A DNA stretch of 64,000 nt from Centroscyllium fabricii (lineage: Eukaryota), in the NCBI GenBank assembly GCA_051313645.2, contig JBNRSN020000025.1, positions 31,310,001 through 31,374,000 of the forward strand, written 5' to 3'. The notes beneath the pieces are model-generated. The model saw only the letters and a program-made list of their open reading frames with translations, ran no database searches and was not told the origin of the DNA. Below, one piece after another: positions 23,085-34,816 of this stretch. Made by a program: the position numbers and the translations under genes. How positions within the stretch are numbered: the first letter of the stretch is position 1; each line of letters begins with the position of its first letter.

Positions 23085-25575
23085 AAAAAATTCATTCTTG
23101 GGATGTGGGCGTCACTGGCATGGCCAACATTTATTGCCCATTCCTAGTTACCCTTGAGAAGGTGGTGGTGAGCTGCCTTCTTGAACCGTTGCAGTCCGTG
23201 TGGTGAAGGTATTCCCACAGTGCTGTGAGGGAGGGTGTTCCAGGACTTTGACCCAGCGACAATGAAGTAAGGGCGATATACTCCCAAGTCAGGATGGTGT
23301 GTGACTTGGAGGGGAACTTGCAGGTGGTGGCGTTCCCATGCACTTGCTGCCCTTGTCCTTCTAGGTGGAAGAGGTCGCAGGTTTGGGAGGTGCTGCCGAA
23401 GAAGCCTTGGTGAGTTGCTACAGTGCGTCCTGTAGATGGTACACACTGCAGCCACGGTACGCCAGTGGTGGAGGGAGTGAATGTTTAAGGTGGTGAATGG
23501 GGTGCCGATCAAGCAGGTTGCTTTGTCCTGGCTGGTGTCGAGCTTCTTGAGTGTTGTTGGAGCTGCACTCATCCAGGCAAGTGGAGAGTATTCCATCACA
23601 CTCCTGACTTGCGCTTTGTAGATGGTGGAAAGGCTTTGGGGAGCCAGGAGGTGAGACACTCGCCGCAGAATACACAGCCTCTGACCTGCTCTTGTCACAG
23701 TATTTATGTGGCTGGTCCAGTTAAGTTTCTGGTCAATGGCACCCCCCAGGATGTTATTGGTGGGGGATTCTGTGATGGTAATGCCGTTGAATATCAAGGG
23801 GCGGTGGTTAGGCTCTCGTTTGTTGGAGATAGTCATTGCCTGGCACTTCTGTGGCGCGAATGTTACCTGCCACTTATCAGCCCAAGCCTGAACGCCGTCC
23901 AGGTCTTGTTGCATGCGGGCATGGACTGCTTCATTATCTGAGGAGCTACGAATGGCACTGAACATTGTGCAATCATCAGCGAACATCATCATTTCTGACC
24001 TTATATTGGAGGGAAGGTCATTGATGAAGCAGCTGAAGATGGTTGGGCCTAGGACACTGCCCTGAGGAACTCCTGCAGCGAAGTCCAGGGGCTGTGATGC
24101 TTGACCTCCAACCACCACAACCATCTTCCTTTGCACTAGACATAACTCCAGCCAGTGGAAAGTTTCTCCCCCGATTCCCATTGACTTCAGTTTTACTGGG
24201 GCGCCTTGATGCCACACTCAGTCAAATGCTGCCTTGATGTCAAGGGCAGTCACTCTCACCTCACCTCTGGAATTCAGCTCATTTGTCCATGTTTGGACCA
24301 AGGCTGTAATGAGGTTGGGAGCCGAGTGATCCTGGAGGAACCCAAACTAGACATTAGTGAGCAGGTTATTGGTGAGTAAGTGCCACTTGATAGCACTGTC
24401 GATGTCACCTCCCATTACTTCGCTGATGATTGAGAGTAGACTGATGGGGCGGTAATTGGTCGGATTGGATTGTCCTGCTTTTTGTGGACAGGATATACCT
24501 GGGCAGTTTTCCACATTGTCGGATAGATGCTAGTGTTGTAGCTGTACTGAAACAGCTTGGTTAGAGGCGCGGCTATTTCTGGAGCACAAGTCTTCAACAC
24601 GATAGCGGGGATGTTGTCGGGGCCCATAGCCTTTGCTGTATCCAATGCACTCAGCTGTTTCTTGATATCACGTGGCGTGAATCGAATTGGCTGAAGACTG
24701 GCTCCTGTGATGGTGGGGATCTCAGGAGAAGGCCGATATGGATCATCCATTCGGCACTTCTGGCTGAAGATGGTTGCAAACGCTTCAGTCTTGTCTTTCG
24801 CACTCACGTGCTGGGCTCCACCATCATTGAGGATAGGGATATTCATGGAGCCTCCTCCTCCCGTTAGTTGTTTAATTGTCCACCACCATTCATGGCTGGA
24901 TGTGGCAGGACTGCAGTGCTTTGCTCTGATCCGTTGATTGTGGGATCGCTTAGCCCTGTCTATAGAATGTTGTTTCTGCTTTTTAGCATGCATGTAGTCC
25001 TGTGTTGCAGCTTCCCCAGGTTGGCACCTCATTCTTAGGTATGCCTGGTTCTGCTCCTGGCATGCTCTTCTACACTCCTATTGAACCAGGGTTGGTCCCC
25101 TGGCTTGATGGTAATGGTCGAGCAAGGGATCTGCTGGGCCATGAGGTTACAGATTGTGGTGGAATACAATTCTGCTGTTGCTGATGGCCCACAGTACCTC
25201 ATGGATGCCCAGTTTTGAGTTGCTCGATCTGTTCTGAATCTGTCCCACTTAGCACGATGGTAGTGCCACACAACACAATGGAGGATGTCCTCAGTGTGAA
25301 GATGGGACTTCATCTCCACAATAACTGTGCGGTGGTCACTGCTACCAATGCTGTCATGGACAGATGCATCTGTGACAGGTAGATTGGTGAGGACAAGGTC
25401 AAGTAGGTTTTTCCCCTTGTGTTGGTTCACTCACCACTTGTTGCAGGCCCAGACTAGCAGCTACATCCTTCAGGACTCAGCCAGCTCGGTCAGTAGTGGT
25501 GCTACCGAGCCACTCTTGGTGATGGACATTGAAGTCCCCCACCCAGAGTACATTCTGTGCCCTTGCTACTCTCAG
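23085..25575 (-). mobile_element. CR1/L2-clade LINE, 5'-truncated (EN remnant plus RT), frameshifted
   Basis: LLDLVLTN…SSDH (endonuclease end), KAMGPDNIP, GVPQGSVLGP, MFADD, and an AATAAA tail. Confidence 0.92.
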
Positions 25576-25808
25576 TACATAGAATTTACAGTACAGAAAC
25601 AGGCCATTCAGCCTAACTGGTCTATGCCGGTGTTTATGCTCCACACAAACCTCCTCCCACCCTACATCATCTCATGCTATCAGCTTATCCTTCTATTCCT
25701 TTCTCCCTCATGCACTTACCTAGCTTCCCCTTACATGTATCAATGTTATTCGTCTCAACTACTCCCTGTGGTAGTGAGTTCCACATTCTCCCTACTCTCT
25801 GGGTAAAG
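25576..25808 (-). mobile_element. CR1 3' end fragment
   Basis: Same family as 17290-17660. Confidence 0.7.
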
Positions 25809-26002
25809 CAGAGCTTTGGTCACCTCTGTATCCCTGCACGTTGTCTTAATGGACCTCGTAGCTAAATGAAAGTGTGAGTTGTTCATTACGTCCACTATAA
25901 CTAGGCCTGTAATGGTGACTTTTTCTCATACTCAGACTTTGAGTTGGGGTTCTTACCAGAATCGTGAATCCATCCTATCTTTGCTCAGGCAGTAGCCTCC
26001 GC

Positions 26003-26075
26003 GAATGAGGCGGTACCCTCTGAAAGTGAGGCAGTACCCTCCGAGTGAGGTGGTACCGTCCGAGAGTGAGGCGGT
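26003..26075. repeat. about 20-bp minisatellite, left half (continues 30696-30758)
   Basis: (GA)GTGAGGCGGTACCCTCCGA-like units lie on both sides of the Gypsy insertion. Confidence 0.8.
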
Positions 26076-26358
26076 TGATGCACGATCAATTATACTCAAG
26101 ACGAAGTTAAGAATACAACTGAGGCTTTTATTAACTAAGAACTGGAGTACAGGTCTTGTCTTGTTACTAACCGACCCTGGAATGACACGAGGTCAGCAGG
26201 GCTGTGACCTTTATACGGCAGCCTGTGGGTGGAGCCCAGAGGCGGAGCCGGCTGAGGCATCCCAGGTAGGCAAGAGGCAACCACAGGAGGCAACTATATA
26301 CAATCCAGTGTTACAGTACAGATAACTATATACATTGGTGGTAAACCGTATTACCACA
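26076..26358 (-). repeat. 3' LTR
   Basis: Direct repeat of 30413-30695, with TATAAA and AATAAA on the minus strand and an adjacent PPT. Confidence 0.95.
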
Positions 26359-26419
26359 TTCATCCCTTGCTTAAGATTGAGTCCGGCGGGGTGAAGTGGC
26401 CCTGCCGGGGGCAGAATAC

Positions 26420-29400
26420 GAAAGTCTTTCGGGGGGGTCTGGTCTCCCTTCGTGACCGTCGCAGCTCCGGCTGTTGTGCAGGGTCCTCGGGCGCCGTCGG
26501 TGGTGCGGCAGCAGTCTGTTGGAGGTCGTGCATTGTCGGTGGATCCCAGGTCTCTGGTATGCCGTCTACAGGGGCTAGAGAAAAGGGTGGTAATGACGTT
26601 GCGTCGAGAGTTACGGTGGGGGGATGGGTGCGGTCTCAGGGGCACCCGAGGGTGCAAGGTCTCTAATGGAGACGGTGTCCTCCCGCCCGTCAGGGTACGC
26701 CACGTAAGCATACTGGGGATTGGCGTGGAGGAGCTGTACCCTTTCGACCAGGGGGCCCGTCTTATGGCCACTCACGTGTTTCCGGAGCAGGACGGGCCCT
26801 GGGGACGTCAGCCACGATGGTAGTGAGGTCCCTGTGGTGGACTTCCTGGGGAAAGAAAACATTCGTTCGTGAGGGTGGCGTTGGTCGCAGTGCAGAGCAG
26901 CGACCTAATGGAGTGGAGTGCGTCAGGGAGGACCTCCTGCCAGCGGGAGACTGGGAGGCCTTTAGACCGCAGGGCTAGGAGAGCGGCCTTCCAGACCGTC
27001 CCATTCTCCCTCTCAACCTGGCCATTACCTCGGGGGTTGTAGCTGGTGGTCCAGCTCGTAGCAACCCCCTTCTCGAGCAGGTACTGGCGCAGCTCATCGC
27101 TCATGAACAAGGAACCCCGGTCACTGTGGATGTAGTTGGGGAGGCCGAACATGGTGAAGATGCTGTGCAGGCAGCTGATGGCCATGGCCGCGGTCATGTC
27201 TGGGCAAGGGATGGCGAAGGGGAAACGTGAGTACTCATCAATGACGGTGAGGAAATACACGTTTCGGTTGGTGGAGGGGAGGGACACTTTGAAGTCGACG
27301 CTCAGTCGCTCAAAGGGGCAGGTGGCCTTAATCAGGTTAGCTCTGTCTGGCCTAAAGAAGTGCGGTTTGCACTCGGCGCAGGTCGTGCAGCTCCTGGTTA
27401 CGGCCCGGACCTCCGAAACGGAGTAGGGCAGGTTGCGGGACTTAACAAAATGATAAAGGCGGGTGACTCCCGGGTGGCAGAGGGCATTGTGGAGAGATTG
27501 AAATCTATCCACTTGTGCGCTGGCACAGGTTCCGCGTGATAGAGCATCCGGGGGCTCATTGAGTTTACCGGGCCGGTACAAGATGTCATAGTTGTAGGTG
27601 CCATAATGTGGAGGTGCCGGTGTTGGACTGGGGTGGACAAATGCAAGAAGTCACACAACACCAGATTATAGTCCAACGGTTTTATTTTAAATCAACTTTA
27701 AAATAAAACCGTTGGACTATAATCTGGTGTTGTGTGACTTCTTGCAATAGTTGTAGGTGGACAGCTCAATTCTCCACCTCAGGATTTTATCGTTTTTGAT
27801 CTTACCCCACTGTTTGTTATTAAACATGAAGGCCACTGACCAATGGTCAGTGAGCAGGGTAAATCTTCTACCGGCCAGGTAATGCCTCCAGTGCCGTACT
27901 GCTTCCACGATGGCCTGGGCTTCCTTTTCCACCGAGGAGTGTCTGATTTCGGGGCCTTGGAGGGTACGGGAAAAGAAGGCCACCGGTCTCCCCGCCTGGT
28001 TGAGGGTGGCGGCCAGAGCGAAGTCAGAGGCATCACTTTCCACCTGAAACGGTTTAGATTCATCCACGGCGTGCATGGTCGCCTTGGCGATGTTGGACTT
28101 GATGCTCTCGAAGGCTGCGCGAGACTCGTCTGCCAGGGGGAAGGAGGTTGCCTTGATGAGGGGGCGGGCTTTGTCAGCATACTGGGGGATCCACTGGGCA
28201 TAGTACGAGAAAAAGCCCAGGCACCTTCTCAGGGACTTGGGACTGTGGGGGAGGGGAAGCTCCAGGAGGGGGCGCATGCGTTCAGGGTCAGGGCCAATGA
28301 CCCAGTTCTCCATGACACAGCCCAGGATGGCGAGACGGGTGGTGCGGAAGACACATATCTCCTTATTATAAGTGAGGTTAAGGAGTTGGGCGGTCGAGAG
28401 AAATTTGGCCAGGTTGGTGTCGTGGTCATGCGTGTCATGGCCGCAGATGGTGACATTATCTAAATAGGGAAATGTAGCCAGCAGCCCGTTCTGGTCCACC
28501 ATACGGTCCATCTCCCGCTGGAAGACTGACACACCGTTGGTGACACCGAAGGGGATCCTGAGGAAGTGGTAGAGGCGGCCGTTCGCCTCAAAGGCGGTGA
28601 ACTGGCGGTCCTCAGGGCGGATGGGGAGCTGGTGGTTCGCAGACTTCAAGTCAATCGTGGAAAATACCCAATACTGCGCAATCTGATTCACCATGTCAGA
28701 AATGCAGGGTAAGGGGTATGCGTCCAGCTGCGTAAACCTTTTTATGGTTTGGCTGTAGTCGATGACCAGGCGGTTCTTCTCGCCGGTCTTGATGACTACA
28801 ACCTGGGCCCTCCAGGGGCTGTTGCTGGCCTCGATGACCCCTCCTTCAGGAGCCACTGGACCTCTGATTTACTGAAAACCCTATCCCCCTTGCTGTAGCG
28901 CCTGCTCTTTGTAGCTATGGGCTTGCAGTCGGGGATGAGGTTAGCGAACAGTGGAGGAGGGGCGATCTTGAGGGTCGAGAGGCTGCACACAGTGTGGGGC
29001 TAGCTTTTTAAAAACTGCTGACTACAGACAGTGAGGGGGGGAAGGGGCCCACCGTACTTCATGGTGACGCTGTTGAGATGGCTCTGAAAATCTAGCCCGA
29101 GTAGAACGGCAGCGCAGAGGTGGGGGAGGATGAGGAGTTTAAAATTGTCGTAGACGGTGCCCCGCACCATCAGCGTAACAACGCAGTAGCCGCCGACAGC
29201 TGCCGTTTGAGTTTTAGAAGCCAGGGAGATCCGCTGGTGCGCCGGGTGAACCGAGAGCAAAAGCCTCCGTACAGTGTCCGGATTGATGAAGATTTCGGTG
29301 CTCCCGGAGTCAAAGAGACAGTTTGTGGTGCGGCCGTTTACCTGAATGTCCATCGTGGACCTGGCGAGCAGGTGGGGTCTAGACTGGTCTTGGGTGACAG

Positions 29401-29420
29401 AGGCCAGTTGAGGTAGCAGC
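26420..29420 (-). pseudogene. pol: Gypsy pol (protease LFDSGS, RT with YLDN, RNase H, integrase), frameshifted and interrupted by a PLE
   Basis: ORF pieces 29000-29725, 28796-28990, 27717-28856, 26808-27581 and 26611-26862. Confidence 0.93.
27601..27746. mobile_element. PLE fold-back insertion
   Basis: Perfect 50-bp inverted repeat (27642-27691 / 27697-27746) and a 13-bp TSD ATAGTTGTAGGTG. Confidence 0.92.
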
Positions 29421-29629
29421 AGGTTGCGATCCAGCGAAGAATCCGGTGAGGAGGGGGGGGAGACATGCGTGCGCGGCCGGTTCCAAGATGGCGGCGCCCA
29501 TGGATCGCACGCGGCTGGGGGAGACCCAAGATGGCCGCCCCCTTGCTCACCAAGCGGCCGGGTAAGATAGCCGCTCCAAGATGGCCGCTCCGCTGGGCCA
29601 CATGCGGCGCTGCTGGGGTTGGGGGAGGG

Positions 29630-30388
29630 TCTGGCCTTGCAGACGCTGGCGTAGTGCCCCTTCTTCCTGCAGCTGGAGCACGTTGCTGATTTCGCTGGGC
29701 AGCGCTGCCTGGGGTGCTTTGACAAGCCACAGAAATAGCATTTCTTGGCGCTGGATACAGCGGCAGCGGCCGTGAGTAGGGGAGGCGCGGCGGAGTTCTG
29801 TCCTACCGTCTATGATGTCTGCGCCCGTGTCGCCCACGAGGTTGTCGGCTGTTCATAGGACTCCATGTTCCGATGTGCAACGTCTAGGGAGTTTACGAGA
29901 GCTATTGCCCTTTTTAGGTCGAGGGTCTCCTGTTCGAGCAGCCGCTGGCGGGTGTAACTCGATCTTACACCCGCAACAAGAGCGTCGCGGATCAATTCAT
30001 CCAGGTAGACCTCGGCCGAGGGCGCCTGGCAGTTGCAGCCCTGACCGATTTCCCGCAGCTCCTCGACATAGTCCGCAATAGACTCATCGGCCTGCTGCTT
30101 GCGGCACAGCAGTTGGTGTCTCGCATAGACCTCATTCATTGGGGCCTCGAAATGGTTCTTGAGGATCCTCAGAGCGCCTGCGTAGGTGGTTTCCTTCTGG
30201 ATTAGCCCGTAGATAGCTGGGCTGACCCGGGATAGCAGGACCGCCAATTTATCGGCGTCTGTGGTGATGGTCTCTGCGGAGGCGGTTAAAAAGAGTTCAA
30301 ACACCCTGAGCCAGTGGGCGAAGTTCCGCGGTGCATCTGGTGCCTGCGGTTTTAGCTCCAGGCAATTAGGTCGCAATATTTTGTCCAT
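29630..30388 (-). pseudogene. gag: Gypsy gag with tandem zinc knuckles
   Basis: ATG at 30388 (MDKILRP…LIRDALVAG), stop at 29810. CYFCGLSKHPRQRCPA…CSSCRKKGHYASVC follows in the pol-proximal ORF. Confidence 0.88.
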
Positions 30389-30412
30389 TGCTGAAAACTT
30401 AGTTAATAAAAT

Positions 30413-30695
30413 TGATGCACGATCAATTATACTCAAGACGAAGTTAAGAATACAACTGAGGCTTTTATTAACTAAGAACTGGAGCACAGGTCTTATCTTG
30501 TTACTAACCGACCCTGGAATGCCACAAGGTCAGCAGGGCTGTGACCTTTATACGGCAGCCTGTGGGTGGAGCCCGGAGGCGGAGCCGGCTGAGGCATCCC
30601 AGGTAGGCAAGAGGTAACCACAGGAGGCAACTATATACAATGCAGTGTTACAGTACAGATAACTATATACATTGGTGGTAAACCGTATTACCACA
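30413..30695 (-). repeat. 5' LTR
   Basis: Direct repeat of 26076-26358, followed by ATTTTATTAACTAAG rather than a TGG-starting tRNA PBS. Confidence 0.95.
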
Positions 30696-30758
30696 GCGGT
30701 ATCCTCTGAAAGTGAGGCTGTACCCTCCGAGTGAGGTGGTACCGTCCGAGAGTGAGGC
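30696..30758. repeat. about 20-bp minisatellite, right half
   Basis: Same three-unit pattern as 26008-26073. Confidence 0.8.
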
Positions 30759-30923
30759 CAGAGTTATTCTGCTGCTCTTGTGGAACTCTCTGGTCTGCTC
30801 ACTCAGGGCTCAGCTGCGCCCCGATTCAATTGCCCTGCTCTGCCAACAAACTAATGATTCAAAATGAAGTTCCTGAAGTTCCCAAGAAATCCAGTCACTC
30901 ACTTACGAACTGTTTAATGTCAC

Positions 30924-31209
30924 TGTGGTAATCATATTACCAGTGTACATAGTTGGGTTACACCACAGACCAGTGTGTATAGTGGCTGGGTGTATTGTAT
31001 GGGGTATTGTATATAAGAACACTGTCGTGAGGTCAGGTCAGCCACACCCCCATAACTCCTCCCCTCAGGTGAGAGCCTTATAGGTGAAGTCTGCCCTGCC
31101 CCCAGTCATTCTGTACTCGATGTTCAACTGGAGACTAGCTCCATCTTTAAGTTATTAAAAGCCTATAGTTAAGGTAACTACTCGTCTTTGTATTATTGAC
31201 GATACGTCA
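30924..31209 (+). mobile_element. solo LTR (286 bp), Gypsy-related
   Basis: TGTGGTAA…CGTCA termini with TSD GTCAC. Homologous to 62066-62357, with termini similar to the Gypsy LTRs. Confidence 0.9.
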
Positions 31210-31218
31210 GTCACGTTG

Positions 31219-31605
31219 CAGCTGTTTGGCTCAGTTGGTAGCACTCTAGCCTCTCGGTCAGAGGGCTGTGGAGTTTAAACCCCGGTCACTCAATGCAGTA
31301 CAAAGGGACTGCTACATCGTCGAAAGTTCTGTCTTTCAGATGAGATGGTAAACTGAGGCCCTATTTATCTAATTCAGTGGTTCAAGTGGCGGTTAAAGAC
31401 TCTTTTGCACTGTTTTAAGAAGTGTAGGGCGTTCTCCCAATCTACCAGCCAACATTCCTCCTCAACCAACACCATCAAAAAAAAGCATTACTCTTTGTAA
31501 CATCTTACTGTTGCAAAATGGCTGTGGTGTTTGCCTGAACAACAGTCACGCACCATCAAAATAATCCCATTGTATGTGAAGCACTTTGAGGCATGTGATG
31601 TGAGA
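31219..31605 (+). mobile_element. decayed DeuSINE
   Basis: TGGCTCAGTTGG A box and similarity to 62664-63100. Confidence 0.65.
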
Positions 31606-31928
31606 AAGGTGAGTGAAGAACACAGCAAACTGCAAAAAAAAATGTTTGAAAAGCAGATAGAAGGGCAAAGAAAAACTGGAAATGAGCAGAGCTGTAGAAG
31701 CCAAACACAAGACTACAACATTCTTCTAGCATTCTAATGTAAGAGCATTATCAAAGGGGGATGAAGATGGAAACTGGGTTGAAACAGAGGATGAACTAAA
31801 AATAGTTAACATACTAAATGATTAATTCCTGGAAGGCTTCACAAGAGAAGACATGAGTATCGTGCCACTCATCACAGGAGCTTCTATGACTAAACAGAAA
31901 TAGCTTGGGTGTCACTCACATAGATGTA

Positions 31929-32341
31929 CAGGTTGAACACCGTTAATCTGCTAACTTCAGTCGCCCAGAACGAATCTAGCTGACTGGTCTGCGCATGCGC
32001 GGGCCTCTCCCCGATTGCCAGACTGGTCTGCGCATGCGCGAAATGGCCGCCGCGCTTGGCTGCGCATGCCCGGGCCGCCCCGAACGATTGATGCTTCGGC
32101 GAGCGCATGCACAGTCCATTCAAAATGGCCGCCGGCCTTTGCGGCAGCCACTTTGAATGGTCCCGAACGATTGATGCTTCGGCGAGCGCATGCGCAGACC
32201 ATTCAAAATGGCTGCCGGCCTTCACGGCGGCCATTTTGAATGGTCTGCGCATGCGCTCGCCGAAGCTTCAATCGTTCGGAGTTTTCACTAATCCGGCACT
32301 GGCCTGGTCCCGCACGTTCGGGATTAACGGTGTCGGACCTG
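31929..32341. mobile_element. pogo/Tigger-like MITE with internal palindrome and YY1/NRF1 motifs
   Basis: TA flanks, CAGGTTGAACACC… / …GGTGTCGGACCTG ends. Sits in an old CR1 RT remnant (about 31660-32660). Confidence 0.82.
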
Positions 32342-33169
32342 TACTAGACAGGCTCATAAAGCTCAAGACTAGGGAGTCCCCAGGCGAGGCTAGGGACAAA
32401 GTACTGACAGTCAGTGTGAGGAAGCCAAGGAACACGAGGAGGTCTCTCTGGACTGGAGATGAGCTAACATGGTACCTATTTTCAAGAAAAGTGACAAAAC
32501 AAACCCAGCTAACTATAGACCACGAGTCTTACATTAGTAACTGGCAACATAAATTATTCAGAACAAACTTGAAAAGTACCTAAATGCCAATGACCTCAGA
32601 AGCAGCAACCAACAGGAGTTTCTGACTGGACAGATTCTGCCTGACTGACCTCTTTGACATTTTAAATATTGTTTTGGTGATGTTGCTGAGGAAACAAGAT
32701 TGGCAAGGACACCAGGAGTCCTATTCTTCAAACAGCGTCATGGGACCTTTTGCATTCACTTGAGAATAGCAGCAGGGCCTCAGTTTAATATCACACCATG
32801 AAAGACATCAACACTTCAATTGAGAAAGCAGGGAGTGAGGTTGGATGTGCGGAAGTTTTATTTTTCTCAGAGGGTGGACAACCTGTGGAACAAGGTTCTA
32901 GAGGCGATAGTGAGGACCGACTCCTTGCAGTCCTTCAAGAAGGTGTTAGCCACACTTTTAGAAAAGTACGAGACCATGGCAGACAGAAGGTAAGATTTGG
33001 GGTAATTCCTAACGTTTTGGAGCCTCCTGGGGCTTGTCTGATCGTCCTTGAGGAGATGTTCAGTGTGTCCTAAATTGGCAATGGGGTTTCGGTATTTTTT
33101 TGCCTCTCCCAGGAGGTGGGGGAAGGGAAGCAAAGAGTGAACAGCAAGAAGTAGGGTGAGCACACATAG

Positions 33170-33898
33170 GCTGGGTGTCATTGTACACCAGTTGCTGAAG
33201 GTAAGCATGCAGGTGCAGCAGGCGGTTAAGAAGGCAAATGGTATGTTGGCCTTCATAGCGAGAGGATTCGAGTACAGGAGCAAGGATGTCTTGCTGCAGT
33301 TCTACAGGGCCTTGGTGAGACCACACCTTGAGTATTGTGTACAGTTTTGGTTGCTTATCTAAGGAAGGATGTTCATGCCATGGACGGAGTGCAGCGAAGA
33401 TTCACCAGACTGATACCTGTGATGGCAAGAATGATATATGAAGCAAGATTGGGTCGATTAGGCTTATATTCGCTAGATTTTAGAAGAATGAGAGGGGATC
33501 TCATTGAAACTTAGAAAAGACTAGACAGACTAGATGCAGGAAGGATGTTGCCGATGGTGGGGGAGTCCAGAACCAGGGGTCACAGTCTGAGGGTCACAGT
33601 CTAAGGATAAGGGGTAAGCCATTTAGGACAGAGATGAGGAGGAATTTCTTCACCCAGAGAGTGGTGAACCTGTGGAATTCTCTACCAAAGAAGGCAGTTG
33701 AGGCCAACTTATTAGATATATTAAAGAAGGAGTTAGATATATTTCTTAAGGCTAAAGGGATCAAGGGATATGGGGAGAAAGCAGGGACAGGGTACTGAAT
33801 TTGGATGATCAGCCATGATCGCATTGAATGGCGGAGCAGGCTCGAGGGGCCGAATGGCCTACTCCTGCTCCTATCTTCTATGTTTTCTATGTTTCTGT
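33170..33898 (+). mobile_element. CR1 3' fragment
   Basis: LGVIVHQLLKVSMQVQQAVKKAN…, same family as 20752-22452. Confidence 0.9.
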
Positions 33899-33931
33899 GT
33901 TGATGGCCTTTTCTTGCCTTAAATACAAAAC

Positions 33932-34603
33932 GGCCGGATTTTCCGCCCCCCACGGGTGCGTACGAGGTGTGTATGCACCCGTAGAGGCCTCGCAAGTGCC
34001 AGTTTCAGGCATGCGAATTGCATGCGCTAAAACCCGCCATTTACAATCTGTCAAGAATCCTCCTGATAGATCACCCACCTGCCCAGGCTTTCTGCACAAC
34101 TTCCGCCCACTGAAAACCTTAAAAAATGTTCCGCCTGGTAAAAGCACGCGTAAGACTTTAAAAAAATAAAAACATTTTTCACTCATTCATAATTTTAAAA
34201 TACTTTTAAAAAAAGGATAGTTTATTTTTAGCCCCATAAAAAACTAATTATTTTTTTCAAAAAATTACATTTTTGTTTAAAATATTTAATTTCATTTCAT
34301 TTTAACTCATTTTAAATGTGATTTAAAACAAATTATTTAATGTTTAACTGTGTTTTAAAATGTGATCCCCCATTCATACTTTTGACAGATCTGTGCGTAG
34401 AGATCTGTCAAAAGTGTGAATCGGGATTCCCTTCTTTGATTGGTTCCCCATGGCCCACGTGATCCCAGGGACGCTTGCGAACCGCCTGCGCCTCTGCGCA
34501 TTTCAGAAGTCTCGGGACCTATGGAGCCAGCAGGTAAGTGCATAGATTTTGTCCGATCGGAGGTATCCGCACGCAGGAAGCCTCCAATTGGAGATTCAGG
34601 GCC
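33932..34603. mobile_element. PIF/Harbinger-like MITE
   Basis: GGCCGGATTTTCC / GGAGATTCAGGGCC imperfect TIRs, 3-bp TSD AAC, AT-rich core. Confidence 0.72.
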
Positions 34604-34816
34604 AACATCTCCAACAATGAAGGGCTCCCTTCATACTGCACTCAAGTATCAACATAGATTACATGATCAAGTCCATAATGGGGCTTAAACCCACAACCTT
34701 CTGGCTCAGAGGCGAGAGTGCTACCAACTGAGCCAAAATGATATGGACACAAGATAGTTTAGCAAAATTAGCTCAATGGTGTGGATGAACAGAGACCGAA
34801 GATGAAAAACAAAATA

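Larger units (their letters stand above)
26076..30695 (-). mobile_element. full-length Gypsy (Ty3/Gypsy, Mag-like Gag) LTR retrotransposon, inactivated
   Basis: Two 283-bp TG…CA LTRs (26076-26358, 30413-30695; 7 mismatches by eye) and a 5-bp TSD GCGGT. PPT AAGGGATGAA. Domain order gag-PR-RT-RH-IN. Confidence 0.97.

Noticed and set aside
30389-30487. N-terminal extension of gag in the ORF track (MLQFL…)
   Set aside because: It lies within the LTR and leader and starts at a non-ATG codon. The ATG at 30388 is the plausible start.
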